Shown here: piece by piece, positions 1-8,739 of the stretch | How the letters are laid out: each line of letters starts with the position of its first letter | Position numbering within the stretch: position 1 is the first letter of the stretch | Source of the DNA: Bacillota bacterium | GTDB lineage: Bacteria > Bacillota > Clostridia > Peptostreptococcales > Anaerovoracaceae | NCBI GenBank assembly: GCA_017621195.1 | Contig: JAGATO010000324.1 | Coordinates: forward strand, 1 to 33,986 | Direction: 5' to 3' | Length of the DNA stretch: 33,986 nt | Notes under the pieces: model-generated | Databases searched by the model: none | What the model was told of the DNA's origin: nothing | The model's input: the letters and a program-made list of their open reading frames with translations, nothing else | Program-made: the position numbers and the translations under genes

Positions 1-1
1 A

Positions 2-88
2 AAGGCAGCTGCACTGGAAAAGACGGCGTTTGAATACGAAGCGAAGATTCTGGCCGAGGCTACGGAACTGACGTTGATTGAGAAATAA
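2..88 (+). CDS. 3' end of a CDS truncated by the window edge (product unknown)
   Basis: Frame 2 is open from the edge (KAAALEKTAFEYEAKILAEATELTLIEK*) and stops at TAA 86-88. A strong terminator hairpin follows. Too short to assign a family. Confidence 0.3.
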   Translation, partial: KAAALEKTAFEYEAKILAEATELTLIEK

Positions 89-130
89 AAATGCTGAGGT
101 TGGCTCCTCGCAGCCGCAGCGAATAATGCA

Positions 131-165
131 AAAGGACGGTCGTTTGGTGCGACCGTCCTTTTTGT
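131..165. terminator. Bidirectional rho-independent terminator between convergent genes
   Basis: AAAGGACGGTCG-tttggtg-CGACCGTCCTTTTT. GC-rich stem with an A-run on the left and a T-run on the right, so it reads as stem plus U-tract on both strands. Confidence 0.75.
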
Positions 166-206
166 GGTTGTTGTGTGTTTGCGTTGTTTCGTTACAATGA
201 CCTGGC

Positions 207-1463
207 TCAGCCCTTGACAGCCTGAATGGCAGCAACCAGCTTTTCCGGAACCAGTGCGCACTTTTCTTCGCTGAGAGACGCGATGGAGATGCGAACGCCA
301 GCGCCCAGTACGACGGCGAAGACTTCGGACTTCTGCAGTTCCTTACCTACGGCTTCTGCCAGCTCCGCGCTTTCGAAGGGAATGGTAATGAAGAAACCGG
401 AGTCGAAGGGGCAGCTCTTCAGACCAACCTTGTTGGCAGCCTCGGTAAAGGCGGCGCCTCTTCTTCTCAGCATGTCAACGTACGCCTTCCGCTCTGCGGT
501 TACCTTGGCCTTCAGCTCGTCATCGTTGAAGATGCGGGCGATGGTTTCCATGGCGGCTCTGTTGCCGTTGGACCAGGAAGCGCGGCTGGCCACAGCCGTA
601 GCGTCCTTGAATTCCTTGGCGATTTCTGCAGTGGGAGCGACGCAGACCAGTGCACCGCAGCGCATGCCGTACATGGTGAAGCCTTTGGAAGCGGAGAACG
701 CATACAGAGGAAGGATGTTTTCCGGGTAGTTCATCAGCTTGTTCATGAATTGACGGTATTCGTGAGCGTCACCGGCGAAGTCCAGATAAGCGATGTCTAC
801 CACCAGAATGATGTTCTTGTCCGGATTTACAGACAGCAGAACTTCGTTGACCTTATCCCAGTCTTCCAGGGAGAAGGTGTAGCCGGTGGGGTTGTGAGCC
901 GGAGTGTTGATGATGATCAGAACCTGATCCTGAACCTCTAAAAGGCTGTTCAGCTTTTCAGCGAAGGAGGCCTGGTTGAACTTTCCTTCTTCGTCGAACA
1001 GAGTGTAGGTGGTTACCTTTCTCTGCTGTTCAGCACAGATGACCTTGTAGGGACCCCAGTGCCAGTCGGATGTCAGGATGGAATCGCCAGCCTTGGTGTA
1101 GCAGGAAACGGCGTTTCTCAGAGCGCCGGTACCGCCGGGAGCGTAGCAGGCTTCTACGAAGCCTTTGGTCTCGATGTCGCCGAAGACAGCGGTCTTGACG
1201 GCTTCCAGATAGGCGGGTACGCCGCTGATGGGGGCGTAGGCTGCATAATCCTTGGGAGCCAGGCTCTTCAAAACGTCGACGACAGAGGACAGAACGATCA
1301 GTTCGCCGTCATCATCCATCAGAGCGCCGATGGTGGAGTCGAATACCTTTTCTTTACCGATTTCGGCGATGCGGGCCTTGGCCAGGCTGGATACACCGAA
1401 TAACTTGTCAGGAGCGCCGATGGTGGTACGGCCGTTTTCCTGAACCAGAACAAATTTTCCCAT
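207..1463 (-). CDS. Class I/II PLP-dependent aminotransferase (aspartate/aromatic aminotransferase-like)
   Basis: 418-aa ORF. SD GAGGTG lies 7 nt before ATG 1463. Fold-type I hallmarks: NTPAHNPTGY and the PLP-lysine motif SASKGFTMYGMRCG. Confidence 0.85.
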   Translation of the reverse strand: MGKFVLVQENGRTTIGAPDKLFGVSSLAKARIAEIGKEKVFDSTIGALMDDDGELIVLSSVVDVLKSLAPKDYAAYAPISGVPAYLEAVKTAVFGDIETKGFVEACYAPGGTGALRNAVSCYTKAGDSILTSDWHWGPYKVICAEQQRKVTTYTLFDEEGKFNQASFAEKLNSLLEVQDQVLIIINTPAHNPTGYTFSLEDWDKVNEVLLSVNPDKNIILVVDIAYLDFAGDAHEYRQFMNKLMNYPENILPLYAFSASKGFTMYGMRCGALVCVAPTAEIAKEFKDATAVASRASWSNGNRAAMETIARIFNDDELKAKVTAERKAYVDMLRRRGAAFTEAANKVGLKSCPFDSGFFITIPFESAELAEAVGKELQKSEVFAVVLGAGVRISIASLSEEKCALVPEKLVAAIQAVKG

Positions 1464-1533
1464 AATGATTCACCTCTTAAATAATGTATCAACGATCCTT
1501 GTAAAAGCAAAAATGCTGCGTGTCTATACATTG

Positions 1534-1562
1534 ATTATATAGAGCCGACATTTTTTTAGCAA
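1534..1562 (-). promoter_or_regulatory. Sigma-A-like promoter for the 207-1463 aminotransferase
   Basis: On the minus strand: TTGCTA (1562-1557), 17-nt spacer, TATAAT (1539-1534), about 70 nt upstream of the start codon. Confidence 0.5.
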
Positions 1563-1589
1563 GAAAAAGATAGAAAACAGAAAAAAATG

Positions 1590-1598
1590 TGATAGAAT
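1590..1598 (+). promoter_or_regulatory. Extended -10 promoter element for lrgAB
   Basis: TGaTAGAAT (TGn + TAGAAT) about 68 nt upstream of the lrgA ATG. No good -35. Confidence 0.4.
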
Positions 1599-1665
1599 GG
1601 ATTCTGTTGTTGCGAAAAATAAGAAAACGAAGGGAATACGAAGAAAGAATAAGAGGGGAATAGAA

Positions 1666-2061
1666 ATGTATGTCAAACAGTTTTTCTGGATCGTGATTTC
1701 ATATTTTGCAGGGGGCCTTTTGTCGGAAGCACTGGGACTTCCCGTTCCGGCCAACGTGCTGGGACTGGTCTTTCTCTTCGGGATCCTGGCGCTGCGGTGG
1801 ATCCGCCTGTCTGACGTGGAGGATGCGGCGGACTTCATCATCGGCCATCTGGCCCTGATCTTTGTCCCGTCCGCCGTAGGAATCATGGAATACTTTGGCC
1901 TGTTTCAGTCGTCCTTCATCAGGATTGCCGTGCCGTGGCTCGGCGCCTGTGTGGTGGGCTACGCCGTCACCGGATGGGTGACGCAGGCGGCGATTCGGAT
2001 TCAGGAGAAGAGAGCGGGAATCGGCTGCGACGATGATGACTGCAGAGGAGGTGACCGATAA
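1666..2061 (+). CDS. lrgA: CidA/LrgA-family small membrane protein
   Basis: Start moved to ATG 1666 (SD AAGAGGGG upstream). Hydrophobic 4-TM-like protein (MYVKQFFWIVISYFAGGLLSEALGLPVPANVLGL...). Its stop overlaps the lrgB start by 1 nt (TAATG). Confidence 0.8.
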   Translation: MYVKQFFWIVISYFAGGLLSEALGLPVPANVLGLVFLFGILALRWIRLSDVEDAADFIIGHLALIFVPSAVGIMEYFGLFQSSFIRIAVPWLGACVVGYAVTGWVTQAAIRIQEKRAGIGCDDDDCRGGDR

Positions 2062-2765
2062 TGGAACGAATTCTTGCACTGATCTTTGAAAGCCCCGTCT
2101 GGGGCATGGGTCTGACGCTGGGCGCCTACCTGATCGGAGTCGTGATTCAGCAGAAGACGAAGATCATGGCCTTACAGCCCATTCTGACGGCCAGCCTGCT
2201 GGTGATGGCGGTGCTGTCACTGACGGGACAGAGCTACGAAGCGTATTCACTTCAGAACACGTTCCTGGGTTACGTCCTGTCCTTATCCGCCGTAGTTCTG
2301 GCGGTGCCGGTCTATCGGAACCTGCACATTTTGAAGGCCTACTGGCTTCCCATTCTGCTGGGCGTGGGTGCAGGATCGGTTGCAACCATTGTCACGGCGG
2401 TGATTTTGGGGAAGGTCATGGGAACGGATATAGAACTGATCCTCTCCATGATTCCCAAAAGCTGTACGACGCCCATCGCCTACGGCGTTTCGGAAACATT
2501 GGGAGGAATCCCCGCCTTTACGGTGGCACTGGTGGTTCTGACGGGAATCGCAGGAGCGGTGTTCGGCCCTGCGCTTTTGAACGTACTGCGCATCGATCAC
2601 GAGATTGCCCGGGGACTAACGCTGGGAACCATCAGCCACGCCATCGGTACGACGCGGGCCTTTACAGAAGGTCAGATCTGCGGCTCCATGAGCAGCCTTG
2701 CCATGGCGCTGGCCGGAACGATGACCGCCTTTTTGGCACCGCTGATTGCTGCCGTGTTCTTTTAA
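2061..2765 (+). CDS. lrgB: LrgB/CidB-family membrane protein
   Basis: 234-aa polytopic protein with LrgB-like segments (IPKSCTTPIAYGVSE, GTISHAIGTTRA). Translationally coupled to lrgA. Confidence 0.85.
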   Translation: MERILALIFESPVWGMGLTLGAYLIGVVIQQKTKIMALQPILTASLLVMAVLSLTGQSYEAYSLQNTFLGYVLSLSAVVLAVPVYRNLHILKAYWLPILLGVGAGSVATIVTAVILGKVMGTDIELILSMIPKSCTTPIAYGVSETLGGIPAFTVALVVLTGIAGAVFGPALLNVLRIDHEIARGLTLGTISHAIGTTRAFTEGQICGSMSSLAMALAGTMTAFLAPLIAAVFF

Positions 2766-2968
2766 TGGATCCGTTTGTATGAAAGTAATCAAGGTACATT
2801 TATGTATCTAAAAGAGATTATACCAGGGATGCGTGAATGAAAAGCATGTGCACATGGGAAAATGCTGTGCCAGCCGTGATAAAAGAGTGCGCGGCACAGG
2901 CGCAATAGCGCAATTTTTGCGAATGAAATTCTACCGTCAGGTCAACACTATGATCGGAGGTGGAAATC

Positions 2969-3667
2969 ATGCGTTCAAAAAATACAGATACCTATGAAAG
3001 CCAGAATAAGAGCTTTCAATATACGATGATCGCTGTGATCGGCGTCCTGATCGCGGTAGGGATCATCGCCTATGCTATGCGCGGCCTGGTGGGCGGAGAC
3101 GCCCGGATCCAGGAGCCGGTCAATCCCAACCCCATTCCCAATATGGGCGCGCAGGAGATGCCGCCGGATGTCAACGTATCTCAGACGGTGCCGTCGGTGG
3201 ACAGCAGGGATACCACAGGTGGAAGTGCCGTGACGAAAAAGGACGGAGACGGCGGTCGAGCAGACTACGGATTTACCAAGCCGGTGGAGGGAGAAATGCT
3301 GAAGGAATTTTCTACGGATACGCCCCTGTATTCCAAGACACTGGAGCAGTTTGAGATCCACTGTGGCGTGGATATCGAAGCCCCGGCCGACAGCCAGGTG
3401 AAAGCCATCGACGGCGGAACGGTGACGAAGGTCTATGAGGACGACAAACGGGGAATTACCATCGAAATCAGCCACGGCGACGGCTTCGTGTCGCGCTACT
3501 CCAATCTGAGCACCATGGAACTGGTAGAAGAAAACGACGTGGTGGAGCGGGGACAGGTGATCAGCGGCGTCGGAAATTCGGCGCTGTTTGAGACATTGGA
3601 TCCGGAACACCTGCACTTCGAGCTGTGGAGGGACGGAAAAGCAGTGGACCCGGCGGAGTATCTCTGA
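2969..3667 (+). CDS. Membrane-anchored M23 (LytM-domain) metallopeptidase
   Basis: ATG 2969 with GGAGG 8 nt upstream (the track starts at GTG 2960). N-terminal TM segment (YTMIAVIGVLIAVGIIAYAM). C-terminal LytM domain with intact HxxxD (HCGVD) and HxH (HLHFEL). Confidence 0.85.
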   Translation: MRSKNTDTYESQNKSFQYTMIAVIGVLIAVGIIAYAMRGLVGGDARIQEPVNPNPIPNMGAQEMPPDVNVSQTVPSVDSRDTTGGSAVTKKDGDGGRADYGFTKPVEGEMLKEFSTDTPLYSKTLEQFEIHCGVDIEAPADSQVKAIDGGTVTKVYEDDKRGITIEISHGDGFVSRYSNLSTMELVEENDVVERGQVISGVGNSALFETLDPEHLHFELWRDGKAVDPAEYL

Positions 3668-3691
3668 CTCCCCGGGCCCATTTTTTTGCAG

Positions 3692-4621
3692 TTATACCGC
3701 CATGGCGGCAATGACGCAGAACAGCGCCAGAGTAATCAACGTCGAAATGGAGCAGACACCGGAGGCAACCGCCGCGTCCTCGCGGCTGCGGCCGAGACCG
3801 GAGCTGAGGAAGCTGGGCGGCAGGCTGCAGTACAGCGCCACGGCCCATCGGGTCAGAGGGTCCACGGAAGGTAGCAGGGATAACATTCCCTGCATGATGG
3901 CAAAGTACACAACCATGATGGCGCAGTGAAGGGCACAGATGCGGGTCACGAAGCGCATTCCCTGACGTTCCAGCGAAAAATTGTAGCCCACGGTGAACAG
4001 GATGACGGCGCTGACGGGCTGCGCCAGAAAGGCGGCCGTTTTCAGGACGATGATTCCTACACCTGCGGCGTTTAGAGCATCGGCGGCCCCCGTCAGATTC
4101 AGCGCCAGGCCCAGGATTCCCATGAGCAGAAGGGGAGATTGAAATACTTTCTTTACGGTCTGGGATATCGTGGGGCTGGAACCGGTATCGGAGGACAGGA
4201 TGGCGATGACCGGAATGGCGACGAAGCCCTGAGCCACGTCCATGACGCCCATGCGATAGGCCTGACCGGCTCCGAACAGAGCTACGAACAGGGAAATGCC
4301 CAGCATTCCCGTCTCCTGTGCGGCGAACAGCATGGGGAGGTTGTGGAAGGGAAAGCGGCGCTTCCGCAGGCGAAAGGCGAAGATGGAGCCCGACAGCGTC
4401 AGCGGCAGAACCAGCACCATGGAGGTGATGGCTTCCGCGCCGAAGTCCGCTGTGAAGCAGGACTGAAAGAGGACGCAGGGCAGGGCGAATTTTACGACAA
4501 ACTGCTGCAGGCCGCGGATTTCCTCCGGATTCATCAGCTGCTTTCTGCGGGCGAAGGCTCCCAAAAGGATGGCGGCGAATACGGGGATGACGGCTTCTGA
4601 CACGAGTAATAGCTTTTCCAT
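3692..4621 (-). CDS. AEC (auxin efflux carrier) family permease
   Basis: 309-aa polytopic ORF with an AEC-like N-terminus (VIPVFAAILLGAFARRKQLMNPEEIRGLQQFVVKFALPCVLF). SD GGGAGAG lies upstream of ATG 4621. Confidence 0.75.
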   Translation of the reverse strand: MEKLLLVSEAVIPVFAAILLGAFARRKQLMNPEEIRGLQQFVVKFALPCVLFQSCFTADFGAEAITSMVLVLPLTLSGSIFAFRLRKRRFPFHNLPMLFAAQETGMLGISLFVALFGAGQAYRMGVMDVAQGFVAIPVIAILSSDTGSSPTISQTVKKVFQSPLLLMGILGLALNLTGAADALNAAGVGIIVLKTAAFLAQPVSAVILFTVGYNFSLERQGMRFVTRICALHCAIMVVYFAIMQGMLSLLPSVDPLTRWAVALYCSLPPSFLSSGLGRSREDAAVASGVCSISTLITLALFCVIAAMAV

Positions 4622-4645
4622 TGTAAACTCTCCCGGTTTGAGATG

Positions 4646-4678
4646 AAAAAGGGGGCTGTCCCAGGACAGCTCCCTTTT
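4646..4678 (-). terminator. Rho-independent terminator after the 4703-5896 aminotransferase
   Basis: Minus strand: AAAGGGAGCTGTCC-tgg-GACAGCCCCCTTTTT. About 10-bp GC-rich stem plus T5. Confidence 0.75.
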
Positions 4679-4702
4679 ATGTTACCTATGTGATATGACC
4701 GA

Positions 4703-5896
4703 TTAGTGGGTCTCGTTGTACTTCTTGATACCCATAGCCAGCAGATCCATGGCTCTTTCCAGGTCTTCCTTCTTCAGGATGTAGGCGAAGCGGACTTCGT
4801 CCTTACCCTTGCCAGCGGTAGCGTAGAAACCGCCGCCGGGAGCGTACATCACGGTCTCGCCGTTGTCTTCGAATTCGGTCAGCAGCCAGATCAGGAACTT
4901 TTCGGTATCGTCAACGGGCAGCTTGGCCATGACGTAGAAGGCACCCTTGGGTTCCTTGCATACGACGCCGGGGATCTCCATCAGCTTTCTGTACAGGGTG
5001 TCTCTTCTTTCCTTGTATTCGGCTCTGACAGCGTCGAAGTAGTCAGCAGGTACGGAGTACAGAGCAGCGGAAGCGATCTGGTCCAGAGTCGCTACGGACA
5101 GTCTGGCCTGGCAGATCTTCATCATGTGACCCTGCAGTTCCTTGTTTCTGGTGATGACGGTACCGATTCTGGCACCGCAGGCACTGAATCTCTTGGAAAC
5201 GGAGTCGATGATGATTACGTTGTCGTTGGCCTTCGGATACTGGCCCAGAGACATCAGGGGTTCGCCGCCGTATACGAATTCTCTGTATACTTCGTCGCCG
5301 ATCAGGAACAGGTCGTGTTCTACGGCGATGTCAACCATCAGCTGTAATTCTTCCGGAGTCAGAACAACGCCGGTGGGATTTCCGGGATTGGTGAACATGA
5401 TGGCTCTGGTGTGCTCGTTGATCAGGGATTCGATCTTTTCTCTGTCAGCGTAGTGGTAGCCTTCTTCCGGAGTGGTGGTCAGCGGACGGATGGAAGCACC
5501 GGTCACCTTTACGAAGGTGTTGTAGTTGGGATAGAAGGGTTCGGGGATGATGATTTCATCGCCGTCATCCAGAATGCAGTTCAGAGCGATCTGCAGAGCT
5601 TCGGAACCACCGGTGGTGATGAAGATGTCGCTGGTTTCGTAGTCGATGCCGATGTTGTGGTAGTAACCTCTTACCGCTTCTACCATTTCGGGGATACCGG
5701 GAGACGGAGCGTATTCCAGAACCGGAGCATTGAAGTTCTTAACGGCTTCAAAGTAAGCTTCCGGAGTCTTGATGTCTGGCTGACCGATGTTCAGCGGATA
5801 GATCTTCTTTCCCTTCTTCTTGCATTCTACCTGATACGGATAGAACTTACGAATCGGAGACAGGTTACATTGTGCAATTTTGCTGGAAAATTTCAT
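4703..5896 (-). CDS. Class I/II PLP-dependent aminotransferase (AspB/AspC-like)
   Basis: Start moved to ATG 5896 (AGGAGG 7 nt upstream; the track ORF starts at 5944). Motifs FTNPGNPTGVV and PLP-lysine SVSKRFSACGARIG. Confidence 0.85.
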   Translation of the reverse strand: MKFSSKIAQCNLSPIRKFYPYQVECKKKGKKIYPLNIGQPDIKTPEAYFEAVKNFNAPVLEYAPSPGIPEMVEAVRGYYHNIGIDYETSDIFITTGGSEALQIALNCILDDGDEIIIPEPFYPNYNTFVKVTGASIRPLTTTPEEGYHYADREKIESLINEHTRAIMFTNPGNPTGVVLTPEELQLMVDIAVEHDLFLIGDEVYREFVYGGEPLMSLGQYPKANDNVIIIDSVSKRFSACGARIGTVITRNKELQGHMMKICQARLSVATLDQIASAALYSVPADYFDAVRAEYKERRDTLYRKLMEIPGVVCKEPKGAFYVMAKLPVDDTEKFLIWLLTEFEDNGETVMYAPGGGFYATAGKGKDEVRFAYILKKEDLERAMDLLAMGIKKYNETH

Positions 5897-5982
5897 TGGC
5901 GTGTCCTCCTGATTTCTTTCCCATAAAGATATTCCTAATTTCATAATCTGTGCGGAATCGCCTCCGCACCCAGTTTAAATTC

Positions 5983-6011
5983 AGTATAGCAAAAAATAAG
6001 GGGTTTGAGAA
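5983..6011 (-). promoter_or_regulatory. Sigma-A-like promoter (extended -10) for the 4703-5896 aminotransferase
   Basis: Minus strand: TTCTCA, 17 nt, TGcTATACT. The leader contains the hairpin GTGCGGA-n6-TCCGCAC (5950-5969). Confidence 0.45.
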
Positions 6012-6133
6012 GTATAACCGAAAAAAAACGTGAAAATTTTCTTTCACATCGGATTTGTGACGGAGCAGGGACGATATATACGAGAGAAAGACGGTTTTTC
6101 CCTAAAAACAGCGTCGTAATGGCCGTAAGTCTG

Positions 6134-6142
6134 TGATATAAT
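6134..6142 (+). promoter_or_regulatory. Extended -10 promoter upstream of the Fic-like gene / murB cluster
   Basis: Perfect TGaTATAAT about 75 nt upstream of ATG 6216. The -35 is poor (TCGTAA). Confidence 0.45.
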
Positions 6143-6215
6143 AAATCATAATAGAGAAACGAGGGCGCTGCGGCCAAAGGCGAAGCGGCGGCCAGACGGG
6201 AGAGGGGGAAGCCTC

Positions 6216-6974
6216 ATGTACGGTGAAATTCGACGGAAGCTGACGCTGTTAGAATCCGGAAAACCCTGGGGAGACCAGCTTTGTGACTTTCTGCGCCAGA
6301 CCGATCAGACGGACTGGATCTTTTCCTGTCTTCGCCTGTCCGGAAGTGCCCTGAGCCGCGAGAGCGTACAGAAGATTCTTCGGGGAGAGCTGGTGACGGA
6401 TGTGGCCCTTTCGGATCACCTGAAGCTCCATTCCTATGTGGAGGCCATGAAGGGACTGGAGGACATGAGGGAGATGCACTATGACATACTGTGCCGCAGC
6501 GGAATCCATGCCCTATACCAGGCTGTCTACAGAGAAGACCCGCAATATCGGCGCAGAGACCCTGTACTTCCCCAATGGGATTATCTAACGCCTCATTTTA
6601 CAGAGCTGGAGGAGAAGATGACCGCGCTGTATCAGGAGGCGGAGCGATGGAAGGACGGAGCGCCGCTCAGCGATGGACATCGGTCCAATCCGCTGCTTCA
6701 GGCCTGCGTGGTTCACATGGGTCTGATGGAGATCTATCCCTTCGGAGAACAGACCGAGGAGTTGGCCCGGTTTGCCATGCTCTACATCATGCTGTGCGCC
6801 GGACTGCCGGTGACGGTCATCGCCATGAGCGAACAGGAATACAACGTCTGCATCATGAATTATCTGCGCAGCGGGGATATCCTTCCCTTCTACCGGGTCA
6901 TGGAGCGGTCGGTATACAACAAAGTGGAAGTCTTGCTCCAGATCACCGCGGAGCTTGCGGGGAATCAGGACTGA
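6216..6974 (+). CDS. Fic/DOC-fold protein with a degenerate active-site motif
   Basis: 252 aa with Fic-like layout. The position of HPFx[D/E]GNGRxxR reads YPFGEQTEELAR (nt 6735-6770). P, F, E and the last R are kept. The catalytic His and GNGR are lost. Confidence 0.6.
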   Translation: MYGEIRRKLTLLESGKPWGDQLCDFLRQTDQTDWIFSCLRLSGSALSRESVQKILRGELVTDVALSDHLKLHSYVEAMKGLEDMREMHYDILCRSGIHALYQAVYREDPQYRRRDPVLPQWDYLTPHFTELEEKMTALYQEAERWKDGAPLSDGHRSNPLLQACVVHMGLMEIYPFGEQTEELARFAMLYIMLCAGLPVTVIAMSEQEYNVCIMNYLRSGDILPFYRVMERSVYNKVEVLLQITAELAGNQD

Positions 6975-7012
6975 CAACTCTCTCATCACATTCAGAAAGG
7001 AAGCTTTGACCA

Positions 7013-7927
7013 TTGAAAAGCATAAACGATACGATACTGAAACGACTGGCCGCGGACATCGACCCGGCTCATCTGATCGAAAACTGCCCCATGAGCAGAT
7101 ACACCACCTTCCGGGCCGGAGGAAATGCGGCTCTTTTGATTCAGCCGGACTGCATGGTGGAGCTGTTTTCCGCTGTGAACATTCTGGGGCGAGAAAAGGT
7201 TCCATACATGATCATGGGTAACGGTTCCAACCTCCTGTTTAAAGACGAAGGCTACGACGGTGTGGTGATCCGCATCGGCGAGGGAATGGACCGGGTTCGC
7301 GTGGAAGGAAACGTGATCTTCGCCGAGCCGGGGATCAAGCTGTCCCAGCTGTCAAAGGTGGCGGCTGGCAATTCGCTGACGGGCCTGGAATTCGCCTGCG
7401 GCATTCCCGGTTCTCTGGGCGGCGCCGTCTACATGAACGCCGGAGCCTACGGTGGAGAGATGAAGGATGTGGTGTTGTCCACGTCGTCCCTGCGCCGAAA
7501 CAGCATGGTGAAGGACCGGGGAAAGGATCAGCTGGAATTCGGATATCGCACCAGCGTGTTCCAGAAGAGCGATGAAATTCTCATCGGCGTCAAGCTGCTT
7601 TTGAAGCCGGGCCATCCCTATCTGATCCAGGAAACTATGCAGGAGCTGAACGCCAAACGCAATGAAAAACAGCCGGTAAACCTGCCCAGCGCCGGCAGCT
7701 TCTTCAAGCGTCCCGAGGGGCACTTCGCCGGACAGCTGATCGAAGAGGCAGGGCTGAAGGGCTTGCAGGTGGGTGGAGCCAGAGTGTCCCCCATGCACGC
7801 CGGTTTCATCGTCAACGAAGGCGGTGCCACGGCTCAGGACATTCTGGATCTGATGAAGATCGTCCAGGAGACCGTCAGAGAGAAGAGCGGCGTCACTTTG
7901 GAGCCGGAGGTACGGATCATTGGATAA
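7013..7927 (+). CDS. murB: UDP-N-acetylenolpyruvoylglucosamine reductase
   Basis: TTG start with AAGGAAG upstream. MurB motifs: RYTTFRAGGNA, GNGSNLL, PSAGSFFKRP, GGARVSPMHAGFIVN. Confidence 0.9.
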   Translation: MKSINDTILKRLAADIDPAHLIENCPMSRYTTFRAGGNAALLIQPDCMVELFSAVNILGREKVPYMIMGNGSNLLFKDEGYDGVVIRIGEGMDRVRVEGNVIFAEPGIKLSQLSKVAAGNSLTGLEFACGIPGSLGGAVYMNAGAYGGEMKDVVLSTSSLRRNSMVKDRGKDQLEFGYRTSVFQKSDEILIGVKLLLKPGHPYLIQETMQELNAKRNEKQPVNLPSAGSFFKRPEGHFAGQLIEEAGLKGLQVGGARVSPMHAGFIVNEGGATAQDILDLMKIVQETVREKSGVTLEPEVRIIG

Positions 7928-8738
7928 GTGGCGCATGACCTTCGACCTTCACACCCACACCCGGCTGATGCGCGGTGGACGGACGATCACCCACGCGGTC
8001 AGCACGATGGAAGAAGTGGTGGCGGCGGCCAGGGAAAAGGGACTGAGGGCCGTGGGCATTTCCAATCACGGGCCCGGCCACGTGACGTATGGTCTGCCCA
8101 TGGAATCGCTGGCGGCGCTGATGGAAGAGCGGGATCATCTGAAGAGGCGATATCCGGACATCCGGATCCTGATCGGCGTGGAGGCCAACATCATCAACGC
8201 TTCCGGCGCTCTGGACGTGGCTCGGGATGACATGGATCGGTTCGATTACGTGATGGCGGGATATCACTACGGAATCTTCGGTGTACAGCCCGTCGGTGCA
8301 GTGCTGCTTCACGCGGAAAACTGGCTCTGGGAGAAGACCGGAGGCCGCGGACGGCTGGAACGGAGGATGTCGGACAACGGAACGGTCGGCGGCCGTAGCC
8401 TGGGTCGTCTCTGCGAAGCCAATACCCGGCGCATGGTGGATGCCATTTTGCAGAACCGCCCGCTGGTGGTGACCCATCCGGGAGATAAGTCGCCCTGCGA
8501 CATCGAGGCAGTTGCCCGGGCCTGCGAGATTGCGGGTACGTGGATGGAGATCAACAACTTCCACCGGGATCTGACAGTGGAGAATTTGCGGAGAGCAGCC
8601 AAATACAACGTGAAGTTCATCATCGGCAGCGACGCCCATCGACCGGATAGGGTGGGCTGCTTCGAAGAGGGACTGGAACGGATTCTCCGGGCCGGCGTGG
8701 ATCCGGAGCGTGTGGTCAATCTGGAAAGGGGAGAATAG
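7920..8738 (+). CDS. PHP-domain metal-dependent phosphoesterase
   Basis: PHP motifs DLHTHT, SNHGPG, GVEANI, GSDAH. TTG 7920 has GGAGG 9 nt upstream and overlaps the murB stop. ATG 7935 (MTFDLHTHT) is an alternative start. Confidence 0.75.
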   Translation: MDKWRMTFDLHTHTRLMRGGRTITHAVSTMEEVVAAAREKGLRAVGISNHGPGHVTYGLPMESLAALMEERDHLKRRYPDIRILIGVEANIINASGALDVARDDMDRFDYVMAGYHYGIFGVQPVGAVLLHAENWLWEKTGGRGRLERRMSDNGTVGGRSLGRLCEANTRRMVDAILQNRPLVVTHPGDKSPCDIEAVARACEIAGTWMEINNFHRDLTVENLRRAAKYNVKFIIGSDAHRPDRVGCFEEGLERILRAGVDPERVVNLERGE

Positions 8739-8739
8739 C

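Noticed and set aside
1999-2061. Acidic Cys-flanked tail (GIGCDDDDCRGGDR) at the LrgA C-terminus as a possible metal-binding motif
   Set aside because: It lies in the region overlapping the lrgB ribosome-binding site, where sequence is constrained by translational coupling. There is no independent support.
2837-2908. 23-codon Cys-containing small ORF (MKSMCTWENAVPAVIKECAAQAQ) upstream of the M23 peptidase
   Set aside because: It has no convincing SD and is too short to distinguish from chance. I kept only the palindrome it spans as an observation.
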